Below, piece after piece: positions 59,526 to 64,000 of a stretch of DNA of 64,000 nt; within the stretch, counting starts at the first letter, position 1; every line of letters starts with the position of its first letter. This DNA comes from Limnochordia bacterium (GTDB lineage: Bacteria; Bacillota; Limnochordia; DTU080). The stretch spans positions 64,001 through 128,000 of the forward strand of contig JBMNJG010000005.1 in assembly GCA_050951545.1 (NCBI GenBank), in the 5' to 3' direction. The notes under the pieces were generated by a model that worked only from the letters and a program-made list of their open reading frames with translations, made no database searches and was not told the origin of the DNA. Made by a program: the position numbers and the translations under genes.

Positions 59526-60419
59526 ATGTCCGTAAATAAACGCTACACCACCTTTTCGCTGCTACTCCTGCTTCTTCTTAGCACCTGCTACGCCAACGCA
59601 GCTTTTCCTCTGACCATCCTCGATGACCTGGGGCAGACGCTTACCATCAGTACTGCACCGCAGCGCATCATCTCCTTGGCTCCCAGCAACACCGAAATCC
59701 TTTTTGCTCTCGGGCTCGACAATAGGATCGTGGCCGTCGACACTGACAGCAACTACCCGCCAGCCGTCCAGGGAAAAACCCGGGTGGGCTCTGGCCTCTC
59801 TCCATCGCTGGAGAGTATCGTGGCCCTAAGGCCGGATCTTGTTCTACTCTGGGACAACTCCGCCAAAGAACTGCAACAAAAGTTGCTGCAGCTGAACATC
59901 AAGGCGGTCGCCTTCGCCCCGCAGAGACTGACAGAGATCTATGGCTGCATCGAGCGAATAGGACGCATTACAGGGACCGAAGAGACCGCCCAGACAGTGG
60001 TCGCCGGGATGCGTCAGAAGGTAGCCACTGTTACCGCCGCGGTAGCCAAGAATCCGGGCAAGCCGTTGGTCTTTTACGAAGTCTGGCCTGACCCTCTTTT
60101 CACTGCTGGTCCGGGCAGCTTTATCGATGAGCTGATCAACTTAGCAGGCGGCACAAACATTGCCGCAGACACTAAGACTGCGTGGCCTGTCTTGAGTATG
60201 GAGACGGTCATCGTGAAAAACCCTGACGTGATTCTGACACCTTTTGCTAGGGCAGAATCGGTGGTCTCAGGAAAAAACAAAGCTTCATGGGCGAACATCA
60301 AGGCTGTGCGTCAGAACCGTGTCTACCAGATTGACCAAGACATCATGAGCAGACCTGGGCCGCGACTCGCAGACGGATTGGTGACCATCGCGAAGCTTCT
60401 GCACCCTGGGTTGCTGTAG
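59526..60419 (+). CDS. Cobalamin-binding protein (BtuF-like)
   Basis: FPLTILDDLG, RIISLAPSNTEILFALG, SNYP, NPDVI, SRPGPRL. Confidence 0.85.
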   Translation: MSVNKRYTTFSLLLLLLLSTCYANAAFPLTILDDLGQTLTISTAPQRIISLAPSNTEILFALGLDNRIVAVDTDSNYPPAVQGKTRVGSGLSPSLESIVALRPDLVLLWDNSAKELQQKLLQLNIKAVAFAPQRLTEIYGCIERIGRITGTEETAQTVVAGMRQKVATVTAAVAKNPGKPLVFYEVWPDPLFTAGPGSFIDELINLAGGTNIAADTKTAWPVLSMETVIVKNPDVILTPFARAESVVSGKNKASWANIKAVRQNRVYQIDQDIMSRPGPRLADGLVTIAKLLHPGLL

Positions 60420-60457
60420 AGCAAATGACGAAGCTGCAACGGGAAGGCCAGGTGCAT

Positions 60458-61495
60458 ATGCTCACGCACAGCACACGAAGGAGAAAACCTCTTACGCTCA
60501 TCGCCGCTTTGGGAGCCTGGCTGGTAGTGGTCCTAATGTCAACCACATTGGGTGCCGTACGCATTCCGCCCACGGCGATCGCTGCTATCATCGCCAACCA
60601 ACTGGGCCTGAGCTTACCAGTCACTTGGCCGGCGGAGTATGAAACCGTGGTGCTGTATCTGCGGTTGCCTCGCGTCATCCTAAGCAGCTTGGTAGGCGCG
60701 GCGCTGGCCTTAGCCGGTGTCACCTTTCAGGGCCTGTTGCGAAACCCCCTTGCCGACCCCTACATCCTTGGTGTCTCCTCTGGGGCTTCTTTGGGAGCGG
60801 TGCTGGCCATCTCGCTCGGCGTCGGCGGAAGCCTCCTAGGGTTCAACGGCGTAGCTCTAGCGGCTTTCGTCGGGGCCCTGACGGCCATGACGTTGGTCCT
60901 GCTGCTAGGTCGGAAAGGCCAAAGAATGCCGGTCCCCACTTTGCTGCTGGCCGGCGTAGCGGTGAGTTCTTTTCTCTCATCATTAGTTTCTTTGGTCATT
61001 CTGTTCAGTGAGAAGCATCTGGGATCTTTTTTATTCTGGCTTATGGGGGGGTTAGGCAGTGCCGATTGGAGGACCGTCGCAGCCATGCTACCCTACCTAG
61101 TTGTCGCTAGCGCGACTCTAGGATGGCACGCCCGTTCACTCAATGCTCTGGCTTTTGGCGAAGAGAGCGCTGGTCATCTGGGAGTCGATGTGGAACGCGT
61201 CAAGGTGACGCTGGTCTTGGCAGCCTCACTGATCACAGCCTCTGCAGTAGCCAGCAGCGGAGTCATTGGCTTTGTCGGGCTGATCACGCCACACATCGTT
61301 CGCCTCGTTAAAGGGCCTGATCATCGCGGGCTGGTGCCGCTGGTCATGGTGGTAGGCGCCACGTTCCTCGTCATAGCTGACACACTGGCGCGGACGGTAT
61401 TGGCTCCACAGGAGTTGCCTGTAGGTGCTATCACCGCTTTGTGCGGGGCACCTTTTTTTGTGCATCTTCTTCGTCACTATGGCGAACGTCGCTAA
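60458..61495 (+). CDS. FecCD/BtuC family permease
   Basis: LRLPR, QGLLRNPLADPYILGVSSGA, FWLMG, IGFVGLITPH, ELPVG. Confidence 0.92.
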   Translation: MLTHSTRRRKPLTLIAALGAWLVVVLMSTTLGAVRIPPTAIAAIIANQLGLSLPVTWPAEYETVVLYLRLPRVILSSLVGAALALAGVTFQGLLRNPLADPYILGVSSGASLGAVLAISLGVGGSLLGFNGVALAAFVGALTAMTLVLLLGRKGQRMPVPTLLLAGVAVSSFLSSLVSLVILFSEKHLGSFLFWLMGGLGSADWRTVAAMLPYLVVASATLGWHARSLNALAFGEESAGHLGVDVERVKVTLVLAASLITASAVASSGVIGFVGLITPHIVRLVKGPDHRGLVPLVMVVGATFLVIADTLARTVLAPQELPVGAITALCGAPFFVHLLRHYGERR

Positions 61496-62192
61496 GGGCG
61501 GGCCCCATCTTTCTCAAGCTAAGTCGGGAGCGCAAGGCCCAAATGCGGGCGGCACGACGCACAAAGCCGGGGCTTCGTTGGTAGTGATCGAGGGCCTCTA
61601 AAAACACTTGCCGAGCTTCAGCGCTCTTCCCGGCCTGTAATAGCACAGAACCCATTCGGTAGCAGACTTCAGCATCGCCGTAGCGGATGACACCCGTCAC
61701 CCACGCCTCTACCTGCTCATCCGTTGCGGTCTGCCCCAACTCCAGCATGTCTAATGTCACCTGAGCCAAGTACACATAAGGCATCCCATGGGCTACCTCC
61801 GGTCGCAATCCGATAGCCTTTCGCAGGATCGGGACAGCCTCGGCGAACTGCCCTGTTTCTGCATACGCCGCACCTAGGTAATAGAGGGCATGTGCATGAT
61901 CGTCCATCTTGCTCGCAGCCTGCTCCAGACAGGGGAGTGCCTCTTTGGGCCTTCCCGCAGAAAGCAGCATCGCCCCCAGTTCCATCAGCGACTTCGCATC
62001 CGCTGGATTCAGGGTGACGGAGCTTCGCAGCTGCCTGATATGTGCCGCTCGACGCCATGACCGCGTGACATCAGGCAGCAACCCTGAAAAGCGTCGGTTC
62101 ACCACGAGGTAGATGATCACCACGATGACAAGGGCCGCAAGCGGATGGCCCAGAAGTCTAGCTAGCAACAAAAACGAGAGTAGATTACCCAC
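61431..62192 (-). CDS. Membrane-anchored tetratricopeptide repeat protein
   Basis: N-terminal TM segment, then TPR-like units (AHALYYLGAAYAETGQFAEA). Confidence 0.78.
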   Translation of the reverse strand: MGNLLSFLLLARLLGHPLAALVIVVIIYLVVNRRFSGLLPDVTRSWRRAAHIRQLRSSVTLNPADAKSLMELGAMLLSAGRPKEALPCLEQAASKMDDHAHALYYLGAAYAETGQFAEAVPILRKAIGLRPEVAHGMPYVYLAQVTLDMLELGQTATDEQVEAWVTGVIRYGDAEVCYRMGSVLLQAGKSAEARQVFLEALDHYQRSPGFVRRAARIWALRSRLSLRKMGPALSDVRHSDEEDAQKKVPRTKR

Positions 62193-62334
62193 CCCGGCAG
62201 CCTCTTCCCCTTTGCATTTCCCAAGTCGCCTGCTACTGCACCCATATGCGGGTCACGAGCCCTTATCCATAAGTCACAAAAAGGCCCCGTAGTGCATGCA
62301 ATATCACAGCTAGGCAAGGACTGGGGGTCTCACC

Positions 62335-62658
62335 ATGAGAAAACTCCCTGCACGAAATGACCAGTGCCAGTGGTGCGCTGAGATGACCTCACGCCGTCAC
62401 CTGTGCCAGCGCTGCTGGGATAGCGAACGCCAGATATGTTACGCTCGCATGTTCCTAGCATGTCACCAATTGGCTCGCCGCCCACGCTCTGCTTCTGGAG
62501 GTCTCCGCTATCGCCGTCTGATGCTTATCATCGCTATACTTCGTCATCACCCCATGCTAGGACCAAAGCTCGTTTCAGCTCTTTTCCGCAGACGCAAACA
62601 AAGACTTAGCATAGGCCACGTCCTCACTGACGAGCCGATCTACAGCATCGCCCGTTAA
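62335..62658 (+). CDS. Small putative zinc-finger protein (CxxC-x9-CxxC)
   Basis: CQWC...CQRC near the N-terminus; GGGGG RBS-like run; occupies an otherwise empty gap; 3' end overlaps the next gene by 84 nt. Confidence 0.4.
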   Translation: MRKLPARNDQCQWCAEMTSRRHLCQRCWDSERQICYARMFLACHQLARRPRSASGGLRYRRLMLIIAILRHHPMLGPKLVSALFRRRKQRLSIGHVLTDEPIYSIAR

Positions 62659-63393
62659 GTCGCCTCCTGTGCTCGGGTCACTATACTCTGCTGTCAAGCA
62701 GACGGGGCCCGTAAAGCCGCGCTCTCGTAGCAGGCGGGCTGTCTTACGCCATGATACGTAGCCATGACGACCGCTTGTCCAGTAGATACGCCATTCAGCT
62801 TCCTCAGCTTCAGGCCCATTGATACGCATGCGAAAAGCGCTCTTAAGATTGACCATGCACAGATGGGACCAGACGATATCCATTGCCATGTCCTCTGGCT
62901 CACCTGACAGCCCGCAATGGGCCACATCCAGTACAGCCGCTATCTGTGCCGGATCAAACGCCTCTATGAGGTGCATGACTCCGATCGCGCTGCCGACAAA
63001 CTTGTTGCAATGGTTCTGCACACCAATCGTCACATTGTGCCGTTTCAGAACGGGCAACAACTCCATGTAACGCTCCTGTATGCTACGCACAGACGCCATG
63101 TAGCCGAGTCCCAGGTCTACACGCTCGCAGACGCGGATGATAGGCACCCCGGCCGCCCCGCAAGCAGCGATCGTCTCCTCATCGGCGGAGGCCGCAACGC
63201 TGTATATCCGCTGGCCATAGCGCTCGAGCTCCCTAGCAGCACGAGGCAGCTCATCCATCATGTTCTCCGGTGAGACTGGGTAGCCCGGCCTCACCGGAAG
63301 CTCCAATCCATCTACACCGAACGCGGCCAGCTTCTCACCAATCTCAGCGATACTACATTTCCACGGCTTCGTAAAGATTGTGATCGGGTTCAT
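62575..63393 (-). CDS. Sugar phosphate isomerase/epimerase (xylose-isomerase-like TIM barrel)
   Basis: FTKPW, DGLELPVRPG, QNH, LDVAH, VNLK, GFTGPVCLTAEY. Confidence 0.82.
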   Translation of the reverse strand: MNPITIFTKPWKCSIAEIGEKLAAFGVDGLELPVRPGYPVSPENMMDELPRAARELERYGQRIYSVAASADEETIAACGAAGVPIIRVCERVDLGLGYMASVRSIQERYMELLPVLKRHNVTIGVQNHCNKFVGSAIGVMHLIEAFDPAQIAAVLDVAHCGLSGEPEDMAMDIVWSHLCMVNLKSAFRMRINGPEAEEAEWRIYWTSGRHGYVSWRKTARLLRERGFTGPVCLTAEYSDPSTGGDLTGDAVDRLVSEDVAYAKSLFASAEKS

Positions 63394-63409
63394 CAGTATG
63401 GGCCTCCCT

Positions 63410-64000
63410 CTACTCAGCGAGCACCTGATGGTGTACCTTCTTCCCCTTGCGAAGGACTAGCCTTCCCGACCGAAAATCGGCTGGCCCGATCACCTGTTCT
63501 GCCTGGATGACAGTCACATCGTTGACGTAGACGCCACCCTGATCTACGAGGCGCCGCCCCTCACTCTTGCTTGTGACAAGACCCGTTTTAAGCAGCAGGT
63601 CGACGACCGAGATTCCAGCGGAAACTTCCTTCTCGCTCAGTCGGGTGCTTGGCATTTGGCTGGATGATATCTCGCCGCCAGCAAATGCGGCCTCAGCAGC
63701 TTCCTGGGCTCCTTGGGCCGCCTCAGTGCCATGCACGATGCGAGTCACTTCGAAAGCAAGAACTCGTTTGGCCTCGTTGACCGCTCCTCCTTTCAACGAA
63801 CCCAGACGTTCTACCTCCTCCATAGGCAAGAAGGTCAACAAAGACAAGAGTCTCCTGACGTCTTCATCGGCTGTATTTCGCCAGTACTGGTAGAAATCGT
63901 AAGGACTCGTCTTCTTTGGATCCAGCCAAACAGCTCCGCTCTCCGTCTTGCCCATCTTCTTTCCAGTGCTTGTCGTCAGCAAAGAGAGTGTCAGACCGTA
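63410..64000 (-). CDS. tyrS: Tyrosine--tRNA ligase (3' part; starts beyond the right edge)
   Basis: KMGKT, AVWLD...TSPYDFYQYW, C-terminal S4 domain (SKSEGRRLVDQGG, RKGKK). Confidence 0.95.
   Translation of the reverse strand, partial: YGLTLSLLTTSTGKKMGKTESGAVWLDPKKTSPYDFYQYWRNTADEDVRRLLSLLTFLPMEEVERLGSLKGGAVNEAKRVLAFEVTRIVHGTEAAQGAQEAAEAAFAGGEISSSQMPSTRLSEKEVSAGISVVDLLLKTGLVTSKSEGRRLVDQGGVYVNDVTVIQAEQVIGPADFRSGRLVLRKGKKVHHQVLAE

Overview
A 64 kb chromosomal window from a GC-rich, anaerobic, probably spore-forming Bacillota (Firmicutes) genome. Its solute-binding proteins lack lipoboxes, which suggests a diderm, Limnochordia-like lineage (inference). I see no rRNA, tRNA, CRISPR array, integrase or transposase. 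Contents, left to right: (1) a glycan/amino-sugar catabolic cluster (Gfo/Idh, GH2, FAD oxidoreductase, GNAT-like acyltransferase, creatininase family); (2) an MNT-HEPN toxin-antitoxin pair whose toxin is broken; (3) an ECF ATPase/T module converging on an rnfC-(D::G)-E-A-B-apbE-(Gx::NusG-II) operon; (4) six sugar-binding proteins with no permeases, including a duplicated SBP + DUF6259-like hydrolase unit divergent from rpiR-murQ-MFS; (5) a metal ABC operon and a SpoVB/MurJ-like flippase; (6) an XRE/XRE/ImmA-IrrE switch with a LexA-like box and a palindromic operator; (7) a melA-lacZ-GH57-like galactoside operon; (8) a YhaO/YhaN (SbcD/SbcC-like) pair with a very long, internally repeated ATPase carrying a membrane hairpin; (9) an unexplained structured RNA candidate ahead of a Btu-like ABC operon; (10) the 3' end of tyrS. 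The strongest candidates for new biology are the Rnf-linked ECF flavin-export/flavinylation module, the 58.5 kb RNA element and the SOS-linked protease/repressor switch. All calls come from reading motifs by eye; no searches were run.
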